A DNA stretch of 64,000 nt from IMG/VR virus record IMGVR_UViG_3300025697_000003; one strand, given 5' to 3'. Shown here one piece after another: positions 49,998-58,884 of the stretch (positions within the stretch are counted from its first letter, which is position 1; each line of letters opens with the position of its first letter). A program made the position numbers and the translations under genes. The notes under the pieces are model-generated. The model was not told where the DNA came from and searched no databases. It was given only the letters and a program-made list of their open reading frames with translations. Source of the stretch: a virus.

Positions 49998-50323
49998 AAT
50001 ACATAAGAGGGCAAGACGGCGGCATTTATTCTGTGTCACGTCTGAAGCCTCCATGCAGGCATACGCATGAAGGTGAAGCGATCTGGCGCATGTCTGTTGT
50101 GACGTGGAGCGGCGAGTACATCACGTATGCGACGTTCAGAACTGAGGCCCTGGCGATCAAGGCATACAAGTCTATGACAGATTTCATGCTCAGTTTCCAG
50201 AATATGATCGTCTTCAGACTAGGCGTTGACGGTGAAGCACCTACCTTGATAACTAAGGGGCAGTTAGATTGCACGGCTGTTGGGCCTGGAGGCACAGAGA
50301 TTTATGGAAGGAGACAGGAATGA
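49994..50323 (+). CDS. hypothetical protein
   Basis: ATGA overlap. Confidence 0.5.
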   Translation: MKYIRGQDGGIYSVSRLKPPCRHTHEGEAIWRMSVVTWSGEYITYATFRTEALAIKAYKSMTDFMLSFQNMIVFRLGVDGEAPTLITKGQLDCTAVGPGGTEIYGRRQE

Positions 50324-50586
50324 CGACACCGCTTGATACGCTGTATAGCATTGGGAAGCTGTTCGTTTTCTTCGGCGCTGCGATGTTCGTGTGGCTGTCG
50401 ATTCTTGGACAGCAGACGTACTGGATGCGTGCTAGGAACACTAAGATGAAGGATCTGCCGAAGAAGTATCGATTCTTGGCGAAGGCAGCTTACTACGAGT
50501 GCTGGTTCTTTGCCGGCTGGTTCGTGATATTCGTAACGGTGGCACTGTGCCGAGTTCTTTGGCGACTGGTAACTGTTGGGTGGTGA
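50320..50586 (+). CDS. membrane protein (two or three TM)
   Basis: ATGA overlap. LFVFFGAAMFVWLSILG and WFFAGWFVIFVTVALC. Confidence 0.5.
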   Translation: MTTPLDTLYSIGKLFVFFGAAMFVWLSILGQQTYWMRARNTKMKDLPKKYRFLAKAAYYECWFFAGWFVIFVTVALCRVLWRLVTVGW

Positions 50587-50801
50587 TGAAGATGAAAGTC
50601 CACATCAAGAAATCGGAGGCAGCGGCGTTATTGGTCCCTATTGGTCATGCGTGGGATTCTGGCGTGTTCTGTCCTTCATGGAAGGATGTTGATGTTGTCA
50701 AGCGGATATTTATTAACTGGCCTGAGTTGCTAACGGAAGGATGGGATTGGCTTCTGCCGTTGATGGCTGGCAAGGATAACGATAAGGAGAATCATGAGTG
50801 A
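50586..50801 (+). CDS. hypothetical protein
   Basis: TGATG overlap. Confidence 0.45.
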   Translation: MKMKVHIKKSEAAALLVPIGHAWDSGVFCPSWKDVDVVKRIFINWPELLTEGWDWLLPLMAGKDNDKENHE

Positions 50802-51309
50802 CGCAACCAAATTAAGGAACAAAGAGGTATTGGACCTATGCAGGAACTTCCTCGACGCAGTTCAGAAACGTGAAGATTGGCATCCGTTCGCGCAGTTGGG
50901 AGCCCGACAGAAGAAATCACCGCCAAATATCCCAGCATTCCAGTCGTTCAAGGTGCTGATGACGCAGCATCCTGGTAAGGGATTTGATGACGATCAGATG
51001 CGAACCGTCTGGATTGAGATCACGCTTGGAGGGAACGAGAGGCTGAAGCTGCAGAGAGTCCCTGCGAAGCTGCTGGCCGTCAGAGAGATTGGCTGGGAGC
51101 AGTGTGACCGCTGTGAAGGTGAAGGAAGCACTGAGGAAGAAGAAGTCTGTGATAAGTGCAGAGGCACTGGCAAGGTAGAGATACAGCCTCCGAGGATTCC
51201 TCAGAAGGGGACTGATACCTATGAGTACGACAACGAACATGCTGTTTGGGGTATCTGCCCGACGAGTTTCAAGTGGCGTGAGGGTGAGCGAAGGCTCGTC
51301 AAACTGTAA
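50794..51309 (+). CDS. protein with DnaJ-type CxxCxGxG zinc finger
   Basis: CDRCEGEG...CDKCRGTG. Confidence 0.5.
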   Translation: MSDATKLRNKEVLDLCRNFLDAVQKREDWHPFAQLGARQKKSPPNIPAFQSFKVLMTQHPGKGFDDDQMRTVWIEITLGGNERLKLQRVPAKLLAVREIGWEQCDRCEGEGSTEEEEVCDKCRGTGKVEIQPPRIPQKGTDTYEYDNEHAVWGICPTSFKWREGERRLVKL

Positions 51310-51533
51310 TGGCGTTGAGTCGTGATCAGATAAGGCAGTTGTCCATTGAGACGAGCATGGTAGCTGTGCAAAATGTCTCATTTATTGGACATACTGGCCT
51401 TATCACATTGAAGATGCACAACGGAATTGTTCAGAGGGTGTGGGCTGGTACTCCTGCAGGCTTGCTATTATGGGTCCAGGGGCAGCAATTGATCCACCTT
51501 GTGCCTAACGCGGAGTTGCCGCTGAAGCATTGA
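51309..51533 (+). CDS. hypothetical protein
   Basis: TAATG overlap. Confidence 0.45.
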   Translation: MALSRDQIRQLSIETSMVAVQNVSFIGHTGLITLKMHNGIVQRVWAGTPAGLLLWVQGQQLIHLVPNAELPLKH

Positions 51534-51549
51534 TGAGGAGTGGTTCTAG

Positions 51550-51717
51550 ATGAAAGAGCAGCGTATCCCTATGTCGGGTGGTGACGAATACGATGCGCTT
51601 ACGCAGTGGAAGAACGTCTGTTATTGGCAATCAGGTGAGCGCAAACGGATCAAGCGCAAATACCGGAAGCGCGTCAGGCGGCTATGGCGTGAAAACCGCA
51701 ACCGGAAAAACACGTAG
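51550..51717 (+). CDS. small basic protein (55 aa)
   Basis: MKEQRIPMSGGDEYDALTQWKNVCYWQSGERKRIKRKYRKRVRR. Below the ORF-track cutoff. Confidence 0.45.
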   Translation: MKEQRIPMSGGDEYDALTQWKNVCYWQSGERKRIKRKYRKRVRRLWRENRNRKNT

Positions 51718-51723
51718 AGGCTA

Positions 51724-51752
51724 TTGACATCTACCATGTAAGTCGCTAGACT
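51724..51752 (+). promoter_or_regulatory. sigma70-like promoter TTGACA-N17-TAGACT
   Basis: Part of the 13-bp AGGCTATTGACAT, which is repeated at 52371. Confidence 0.55.
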
Positions 51753-51761
51753 GTCCTTGAC

Positions 51762-52361
51762 GTGAGAAAACACAAGGATACGGCATTACCTATATTTGGC
51801 GGCACGGAGGGGGCCATCAGTGCCCAACCAAGTCTCACGTCACTCCGTGTCGCTGATGAATTGATCGACAAGAAAGCCAAGAGACGTGCCTACTACGCAA
51901 AGAACCGAGAGAAGATTCTCGCTCAAAGGACCGCCAGGTATGCAGCAAATCCCGAGAAGCTCATCGCTCGCCAGAAAGCATACAACGATACACACAAGGA
52001 AGAGGTACATGCCTATCAAGTGGCATATCGAGCGTCTCACAAGGAACAGCGCCACGCATACTACGCCGCTCATCTGCCAGAAAACGCAGCATATGCGTCA
52101 GTACGAAGAGCTAGGATAGCTGGCTCAATCATCGGTGATCGCGCAGAGATTGCTGAGATTTATCGCAAGGCGAAGGAAGATCCTAAAGTGCGATGCTATA
52201 TCTGCAACAAGATGATTCGTATGGGTGACAGGCATGTAGATCACATTTTCCCAGTTAGCAAAGGATTCCCAACAAGGCCATCTAATTTAGCAATCGCGTG
52301 CAGCAGATGCAATCGGGCAAAAGGCGCGAAGCATCCTAACGAACTAGGAATGCTGATATGA
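51762..52361 (+). CDS. HNH endonuclease with basic helical repeats
   Basis: RCYICNKMI...DHIFPVSKG...NLAIACSRCNRAKGAK. N-terminal YYAKNREK/YAANPEK/YNDTHKEE repeats. GTG start, uncertain. Confidence 0.7.
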   Translation: MRKHKDTALPIFGGTEGAISAQPSLTSLRVADELIDKKAKRRAYYAKNREKILAQRTARYAANPEKLIARQKAYNDTHKEEVHAYQVAYRASHKEQRHAYYAAHLPENAAYASVRRARIAGSIIGDRAEIAEIYRKAKEDPKVRCYICNKMIRMGDRHVDHIFPVSKGFPTRPSNLAIACSRCNRAKGAKHPNELGMLI

Positions 52362-52376
52362 TAGATGAGTAGGCTA

Positions 52377-52405
52377 TTGACATAAGAGGCAGAATGCTGT
52401 AGGTT
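52377..52405 (+). promoter_or_regulatory. sigma70-like promoter TTGACA-N17-TAGGTT (head operon)
   Basis: Second copy of AGGCTATTGACAT. Confidence 0.5.
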
Positions 52406-52425
52406 GTAGTCGAGCAAGTATACGA

Positions 52426-52471
52426 AGGCTCCTGGCGAACAAAACGTTCGTCGAGGAGTCTCTTTGTTTTT
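52426..52471 (+). terminator. terminator-like hairpin plus U tract in the leader of the head operon
   Basis: CTCCTGGCGAAC-aaaac-GTTCGTCGAGGAG (one bulge) followed by TCTCTTTGTTTTT. It lies between promoter 52377 and ATG 52484. Confidence 0.5.
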
Positions 52472-52483
52472 CAGGAGGGCAAG

Positions 52484-52888
52484 ATGGCGGATACAGCGAC
52501 GTCTACACCAGTAGAATCAGGCGACAACATATCTAATCAGCAGTCAGGAAAACCTCGAGCGATGTTGTCGACATTCGTTGCCAACGATACCGATTTCCAT
52601 TTCATGGAAGTCGATATGAGCGTGAATGGTGGATTGACTTATGGTGCAACGAATCCCAGCAACCAGATCCTGACGATCACTCTCTACGGAGCATTCGAAT
52701 CCGGCGTTGATCCAGCAGGAGCAGCAGCATTCCCAATCGATATTACTGGATTCACTGTTCCTGCGGGTGAATCAGAGTACACGACCACAACCGATAAATT
52801 CCCATTTTATCTCATCAGATGCACATTCGCTGTGGTTCCTGACGGCAAAACAGTGACGATCAAGACTTGCAGTTGGGAAACGAACTAG
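52484..52888 (+). CDS. hypothetical beta-rich structural protein
   Basis: AGGAGGG RBS. Confidence 0.5.
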   Translation: MADTATSTPVESGDNISNQQSGKPRAMLSTFVANDTDFHFMEVDMSVNGGLTYGATNPSNQILTITLYGAFESGVDPAGAAAFPIDITGFTVPAGESEYTTTTDKFPFYLIRCTFAVVPDGKTVTIKTCSWETN

Positions 52889-52897
52889 GGAGGAGAC

Positions 52898-54853
52898 ATG
52901 GCGGGATTCGGAGCGGTAGGTAAATCGGCACAGAATCTAGGGTTTCTCATGGCGACTGCCGATGCGTCGCTTCTTCACGTTATTGACGACAGCGCGATGG
53001 CACAGCTATTAGCAATCGGTGGAGACGCATCTGACTTCGACGACACGACCGACTCTCTTGAAGCAATCTCCAACGCGATCTCTGCTATTCCTGGCGGAAC
53101 GTGTGATGCCTTCCTAGCGTCTGTAGGCGGTCTCCTTACCACAGCAGCGGCAACAGGGGCTGTAGGTGTAGGTACGACGCTAATGGGCTATGAGAAGCAG
53201 ATAGTAACCGCCATCCTCGATGGAACGTATGGCCTCTCTGCACTACAGGTTGATATATCGGGAATACCGACAACGATGGTAGGCACGAACTCATCCTTCC
53301 TGGAATCGGTCGGCGGTCTTCTGACCACAGTGGCAGCGACGGGGGCTGTCGACACCGCAACTCCAATGATGGGATATATGAAGCAGGTCGTAAACTTCAC
53401 AGAGAGCGGCGGGGCTACGAATGTTCCGCAGTTTGTAGGCACTCTAGCGTATGCTGATGCTTCTGCTTCTGACGATACTGGTAGCGGATTGACTCCAAGC
53501 GCACCTAAGAAGACTATTGCTGCTGCTCAGGTAGTCGCAGGGATTGGTGGGGCTGTAACGATCAAGGCAGGAACCTACGCAGAAGACGTAGCGATGAGTT
53601 ACGCCGCGCAGGAGCTATGGCCTGAGATTGGGACTGTATTCGATGGCACTGGTCCGTGTATCACGATCTCTGCTGCAAACTGCAAACTTGGGCGACCTGG
53701 AGATAGATTCCAGATCACACCGGCAGCAGATCAGATTGGCGTTGTTACTACAGCCGCAGGTACTGGCTCATTCATCAATGGCGCGATGGTAGTTGGGTCG
53801 GCAAGTGCCGGAGGATTTGACATCAATGGCTCAGGTGCTGAGTTGCATTGGTGCCGTGCTACTGGCATGAAGGCAGGCGCTAAGGCTTTCGATTCAAGCG
53901 TGTCGCAGTTCAAATGGATAAACTGTTCAACGACAGGGAATACGACCTCTTACGGTTTCTATGCAGGTGGTGCGACGATCTCAAGAGGGCTTATACTCAA
54001 TTGCACATCTGTTGGGCATCAGACATCCGGCTTCTACTTGGACACAGGCGTATCGCTTATAACAGTAAACGACTGTTCATCAGGTGGAGGCGACGGTGGT
54101 AAAGTAGACAGCGGAACGAACAACATGTGGGGCAACTTCGTTGATCGACTTAACGACGAACACCATGAGCATATCTATCCTCGATGCACTGGGCAGGGCG
54201 CGGCTGGCAATCCAATATCTGTGGCGAATGCCACCACTGACGGTGCAGGTGGAACCCGCGACGATCAGGACTATTGGGGAGATGTTGCGACGATCATCCC
54301 CATGTCAACTATTACAACTATCTGGAACGCAGTTGGCGTATACATCCATGCGAATACAGCATCAGACATTCAACAGTGGGACATATTCTTCCCAAGGACA
54401 GCTTACAGCTCTGCTCAGAATGGCGGTAACGATTGGGACGAGAACGAAACTGCGTTGACTGTTGCCGATGGCACAATATTTGAAGACGGCGACTTCGTTT
54501 GGATCACTGGCACTGACAGAGCGGCTGGCGAGATCGTGAAGGTCAGCGGAGCTCCTGCTGGCAATGTCGTGACTATTGCGAGAGAGACTACCGCAGACGC
54601 AGAGGCTGGATTGCGGTACAACTACGATGGCACTCCTGGTGCTAACACCATGTACGTTGCGAGTCGTCCTGGTACTCCTTCTCTGCACAGGATCGAAGGC
54701 GACTTCAGCGCGGCGACGACAAGGGATATGAAGGCATACCGATGGCACGAGGCAAGAGAGATGCCTCCGAATACAGGAATGATTATGCGTATGCTAAATG
54801 CTACTGATGGTGGCGCAAGTTCGTTCGACACACGCGCCATCTACGAAGACTAA
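52898..54853 (+). CDS. large protein with internal repeats and beta-helix-like region (fibre/spike-like)
   Basis: FLASVGGLLTTAAATGAVGVGTTLMGYEKQIV / FLESVGGLLTTVAATGAVDTATPMMGYMKQVV repeat. GGAVTIKAGTYAEDV and repetitive Gly/Ser-rich strands. Confidence 0.5.
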   Translation: MAGFGAVGKSAQNLGFLMATADASLLHVIDDSAMAQLLAIGGDASDFDDTTDSLEAISNAISAIPGGTCDAFLASVGGLLTTAAATGAVGVGTTLMGYEKQIVTAILDGTYGLSALQVDISGIPTTMVGTNSSFLESVGGLLTTVAATGAVDTATPMMGYMKQVVNFTESGGATNVPQFVGTLAYADASASDDTGSGLTPSAPKKTIAAAQVVAGIGGAVTIKAGTYAEDVAMSYAAQELWPEIGTVFDGTGPCITISAANCKLGRPGDRFQITPAADQIGVVTTAAGTGSFINGAMVVGSASAGGFDINGSGAELHWCRATGMKAGAKAFDSSVSQFKWINCSTTGNTTSYGFYAGGATISRGLILNCTSVGHQTSGFYLDTGVSLITVNDCSSGGGDGGKVDSGTNNMWGNFVDRLNDEHHEHIYPRCTGQGAAGNPISVANATTDGAGGTRDDQDYWGDVATIIPMSTITTIWNAVGVYIHANTASDIQQWDIFFPRTAYSSAQNGGNDWDENETALTVADGTIFEDGDFVWITGTDRAAGEIVKVSGAPAGNVVTIARETTADAEAGLRYNYDGTPGANTMYVASRPGTPSLHRIEGDFSAATTRDMKAYRWHEAREMPPNTGMIMRMLNATDGGASSFDTRAIYED

Positions 54854-54868
54854 GCATAGGAGGTGCCT

Positions 54869-54988
54869 GTGAAGGCGACAGCGCACACACAATGGCAAGT
54901 CATGAAAGAACGACTGGTGAAAGTGTGGAAGCGGATCAAAGCATGGGTACTGAAGATACTGAACGCAATTGCAAACGTTGAATTTTGA
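54869..54988 (+). CDS. small amphipathic peptide (39 aa)
   Basis: AGGAGGTG RBS 4 nt before the GTG. Below the ORF-track cutoff. Confidence 0.35.
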   Translation: MKATAHTQWQVMKERLVKVWKRIKAWVLKILNAIANVEF

Positions 54989-54998
54989 AGAGGTGAAC

Positions 54999-55334
54999 AT
55001 GACTGAGAACTTGACGGAGACTGTGGCAGAGAGCATGACGGCGCATATCTTCCATGAGCAGATTCAGCTTATGAAAGACACGCTCGACCGCGGACTGATG
55101 ATATATCAGGGAGATAAGACCAATCGCGGGTACAGGCACTACAAGCAGGAGACGATGAGAACGTTCCATGCGTTCATCGACGCCTTCTGGGGAACACTGC
55201 TCAAGGATGGATTGGTAGAGGTATGCCAGTGCGGGGCGCCCACGCGACGGTGGAGCGAATGCCCGTGCTGCGGCGGTTCAGGGTTCAAGGTAGTAGAGGA
55301 GGACTCTAGTGGGCTTCATGAAAGCACTGGATAG
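54999..55334 (+). CDS. hypothetical protein with CxxCxGxG-like motif
   Basis: GAGGTGA RBS. CQCG...CPCCGGSG. Confidence 0.5.
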   Translation: MTENLTETVAESMTAHIFHEQIQLMKDTLDRGLMIYQGDKTNRGYRHYKQETMRTFHAFIDAFWGTLLKDGLVEVCQCGAPTRRWSECPCCGGSGFKVVEEDSSGLHESTG

Positions 55335-56712
55335 GGCATTAGGCACCCCCGTCAAAGAAGCGGCGGAGATGACCCCCAGCCGATTAGTTAGCCAGGAGCG
55401 CCCGAGCTACAACGACGGGCGCGTTACTCGTCCTGCTGGCCTCCAGAATATCTTCAACGCTTTCAAAGAGGATCCTGCTGTCTTTACCGCGATTGAGAGA
55501 ATTGGTGCGTCGATCGCAGACATCCCTCTTATCATGATCGAAGCGGAACAGGCAAAGGAAGATCGCAAGTTCGTCAGCGCACGCCACTTCCACGCAGCGT
55601 CACGGTCTAAGACCTACGCTGGCGTGATGGAGAAATGGGCGTCGATCGAAGGCGGACGAGTGATCAGGCAAGATCCTATTCTCGACATGCTGGCGAATCC
55701 CTGTCCCTCTGCCGGTGTGTCGGGAAACCTCATGAAGCGTGCCATTGTCGCGTACATGGAGCTTACTGGCATGGCCTACGTCGAGAAGCTCTACGATCCC
55801 AAGGACGATAAGAAGGTCACTGGCCTCTGGCCGTTGATCAACCCTCTCAAGATGCAGGTTATTGCTGGAAAGACACGGCTCATTGATGGGTACGTGTGGA
55901 ATGGTTCGAGAGGCGCTGTCGTTTTCAAACCAGAAGATATGATTTACTTCCGCAGCTTCAATCCAGATACCCCGTACTACGGCTACTCACCAACGCAGGT
56001 ACTGCGCGTAGTCATCGGTACTGATCTCAAGGCCCTGAACTGGAATGCTGTGTTCTTTGCCAATTCCGCTAGGCCAGAAGGCATCTTATCATCCGATCAA
56101 TACCTCAACGATGGGGATGTAGAGATGATCATGCAGACCTGGGATGACAACCACAGGGGAGAGGAAAACCAGAGCAGACCTGCTGTTATGGGAAAAGGCA
56201 TGAAATGGCTTCCAACTGGATCTAGCCACCGTGATATGGATTTCCCGTCTCTACGTCGTTACAGCAAGGAAGAGATCCTTGGATCATACGGAGTTCCTCC
56301 TATAGTTGCAGGGGATTATACTGATGCTAACCGGGCGTCTTCTGAGATAATGTACCGATTATACTATGAAAATGGCATACTCCCTCGATGCGACGTGATG
56401 GAAGACTTCTGGAATACCGCATTGATGGAGCCAGGGAGCGGCAAGCGCATTGTCTACGATCTCGGAGCTATCGAAGCATTGAAAGGAGACGTCCTCGAGA
56501 TGGCCAAGGTGTCGGCCAGGGTGAAAGAGGAATTCTCAGTCAACGAACGAAGGGTCTTCCTTTGGAATCTTCCGATTATCAAGGGGAACGACGGTAATGC
56601 TCTGTGGGATCCGAAGCGAGAGGAAATCATTGGATACGCTCCGATTCCATCAGAGGTTGCAAGCGAGAATCAATTGACGGCTGGTGATGGAACAACTGGT
56701 GGACCTGAATAA
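55309..56712 (+). CDS. portal protein (HK97 family)
   Basis: Size and position fit. FFANSARPEGILSSD...WDDNHRGEENQSRPAVMGKGMKWLPTG. GAGGAGG RBS before GTG 55309. Confidence 0.8.
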   Translation: MGFMKALDRALGTPVKEAAEMTPSRLVSQERPSYNDGRVTRPAGLQNIFNAFKEDPAVFTAIERIGASIADIPLIMIEAEQAKEDRKFVSARHFHAASRSKTYAGVMEKWASIEGGRVIRQDPILDMLANPCPSAGVSGNLMKRAIVAYMELTGMAYVEKLYDPKDDKKVTGLWPLINPLKMQVIAGKTRLIDGYVWNGSRGAVVFKPEDMIYFRSFNPDTPYYGYSPTQVLRVVIGTDLKALNWNAVFFANSARPEGILSSDQYLNDGDVEMIMQTWDDNHRGEENQSRPAVMGKGMKWLPTGSSHRDMDFPSLRRYSKEEILGSYGVPPIVAGDYTDANRASSEIMYRLYYENGILPRCDVMEDFWNTALMEPGSGKRIVYDLGAIEALKGDVLEMAKVSARVKEEFSVNERRVFLWNLPIIKGNDGNALWDPKREEIIGYAPIPSEVASENQLTAGDGTTGGPE

Positions 56713-56817
56713 TGGGCGCGGATCTCACAAACCTTGTGAATGCACAGGACATGAAGAGCAGACGGATAGCGGACAAGAAGGACATATTGCTATTACAGCA
56801 TAAGGTAGGTGGGTAGG

Positions 56818-58221
56818 ATGGCAACAGCACTAGATAGCGCAGATTATCGAGTTTGGTGGGTAGCTTCGGACTGCACGACAGTAATCGGTGGGATCACCGA
56901 TGCTGGAGTATTGGAGACGTTAGCTGGGTTTAATATAGACGTCGATTTTTCAACTGGCAAGGCGATAACAATCGACATAGACGTCCCATTGGCGGCTGAC
57001 AATTATGTCTATGGGATCGACAGTGACCTGCAGCAAACGTCGGCCTATGCAGCCGGTACATGGTCTACTAGCGGTGGCATGATCGGTATTCGATCAGACG
57101 TAAGGGTCGACTATAAAATTACCGATGCTTATGCAGGCTACTTCAACGTATTGATTGACCCTGCGGCGACATGCACGGTAAACGACATGTTCGGTCTATT
57201 CGCGCAAGCTCAGTTGATCGGGCCATTTACAGCCGGTTCTGCTGGGAGTCAAATTGCGGCATTGCGTGGAAGCATTACGAACTCGTGTACAGGGACATAC
57301 GACGGTCAGGTATTTGCGTTGTCTCTGGACTACGGTTCTGACATCAACTACGGCAGCACGACTGCGTTGATCTACATGTGGACTCATGGGAACGCATATT
57401 GCGACCATGGGATCTACCTGCAGAACTGGTCTCCGTATATGCAGACAGGCATGACGCTGACGGAGTACAACACGACTTCATCGATGCTTGTTGGAATTGA
57501 CATTGACGTAAACGCTATTGGCGCAGATGTCAACTACTTCGGTATCGACAACGATCTAACCCAGCGTAATGTCGCTGCGGGCGGATATCTAAGCCGTGGA
57601 AACTTGATCGGTGCTGCTAACTCTGTTACTTCGATTGGGAATATCGATGCTGTATATGCTACATACTCCTCTTCGACGCTTACGATGGCAGCAGATACTG
57701 AGTCTAACCAGCTATACGGCGGAATCTTTGCGTCTAATGTTGCTGGTGCTTTCACACTGACACTCCATGACGGAGTGATGGGTGCTCAGTTTGCCGTCGA
57801 AATCGATTCTGGTGTAACTGACGTTACTGGCGGAATTATTGCAGCGGGGTTCTTCTTCCCGAATGCACAGAAGGCTCTTACATCGATCGTATATGGTGGC
57901 TACTTCAAGTGTACGAACTACACTGACTACGGCGTAGCTGTCATCGTGGAGAGCAACAACATCTCTGCCGGTGTGCAGATTCGCACAAAGGATTCGGCTG
58001 TATTGCCGATTGGGTTGCAGATCACATCGACGTCTGGATCCGTTACGAAGGAGATTGAGCTTACGAGCGGAGTTGGCATCTACACAGGCACAGCAGATCC
58101 TAACGGTTCTCTTTCTGGAGTGGATGGCGATATGTATCTTCGCACAGGCACATCCACGGCAAACACGACGCTTTACGTGTGCCAAGGCACGACCAACTGG
58201 TCTGCGCTTGGGACTGGCTAG
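56818..58221 (+). CDS. large structural protein with fibre-type C-terminal knob motif
   Basis: C-terminal GTADPNGSLSGVDGDMYLRTGTSTANTTLYVCQGTTNWSAL resembles the knob motif found at the ends of many phage fibre proteins. Lies between the portal and protease genes. Confidence 0.5.
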   Translation: MATALDSADYRVWWVASDCTTVIGGITDAGVLETLAGFNIDVDFSTGKAITIDIDVPLAADNYVYGIDSDLQQTSAYAAGTWSTSGGMIGIRSDVRVDYKITDAYAGYFNVLIDPAATCTVNDMFGLFAQAQLIGPFTAGSAGSQIAALRGSITNSCTGTYDGQVFALSLDYGSDINYGSTTALIYMWTHGNAYCDHGIYLQNWSPYMQTGMTLTEYNTTSSMLVGIDIDVNAIGADVNYFGIDNDLTQRNVAAGGYLSRGNLIGAANSVTSIGNIDAVYATYSSSTLTMAADTESNQLYGGIFASNVAGAFTLTLHDGVMGAQFAVEIDSGVTDVTGGIIAAGFFFPNAQKALTSIVYGGYFKCTNYTDYGVAVIVESNNISAGVQIRTKDSAVLPIGLQITSTSGSVTKEIELTSGVGIYTGTADPNGSLSGVDGDMYLRTGTSTANTTLYVCQGTTNWSALGTG

Positions 58222-58229
58222 TAACTAAC

Positions 58230-58262
58230 GGGAGGGGCTTCGGCCTCTCCCTCTATTTGATT
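58230..58262 (+). terminator. rho-independent terminator with UUCG loop
   Basis: GGGAGGGGC-TTCG-GCCTCTCCC followed by TCTATTTGATT. Confidence 0.6.
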
Positions 58263-58308
58263 GACGCGGCATAGGGCCGCACGAAAGAGAGCAGCAAAGG
58301 AGCACAGC

Positions 58309-58746
58309 ATGACAATGAAAGTGACGTTGACAGATGCACAGCGGATCCAGGCAGCGGCGGCGAAGTTTGTAGGGATTGACCTTCCGGTTAAGACCTCGTA
58401 CTTGCTGGCGCGAACTGTTTTGGAGATCACGACGCATCTACAAGCATTCCAAGAAACGCGAACGAAATTTGCGAAGAAATACTGTGCCCTGGATGAGAAA
58501 GGGGATCCGAAGTCCGAACCGATTGAAGGCGCTCCTGGTCAGGCGAAGCTGTCGTTTAAGACGCCGGCTGACGAAGAAGCATTCGTGGAGAAGATCTCTA
58601 AGCTCGGTGAGGAAGAAGTGGAGCTTACGCTCAGGAACAAGCTGGCTCTTACAGCGTTTGACGATCCGAACACGGAAGACAAGACAGTCATTCCGTGGGA
58701 TCTGTTGGGCGGCTTGATGCCGATTCTTGAAGACATAGAGGAGTAA
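58309..58746 (+). CDS. hypothetical protein (head module)
   Basis: AAGGAG RBS 7 nt upstream. Confidence 0.5.
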   Translation: MTMKVTLTDAQRIQAAAAKFVGIDLPVKTSYLLARTVLEITTHLQAFQETRTKFAKKYCALDEKGDPKSEPIEGAPGQAKLSFKTPADEEAFVEKISKLGEEEVELTLRNKLALTAFDDPNTEDKTVIPWDLLGGLMPILEDIEE

Positions 58747-58749
58747 GGA

Positions 58750-58884
58750 ATGAAACGAATATGTCCGACCTGCGGAATGGTACAAACAAATCAAACGGAT
58801 GTTTGTCCGAGATGTAAAAAGAAGACCGTTTCCAAAGGTCGGCGTATCGTTCAGAAGGGATTAGCTAAAGGGAGGGCGCAGTAA
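58750..58884 (+). CDS. small zinc-ribbon protein (44 aa)
   Basis: CPTCG...CPRC. TAATG coupling to the protease gene. Below the ORF-track cutoff. Confidence 0.4.
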   Translation: MKRICPTCGMVQTNQTDVCPRCKKKTVSKGRRIVQKGLAKGRAQ

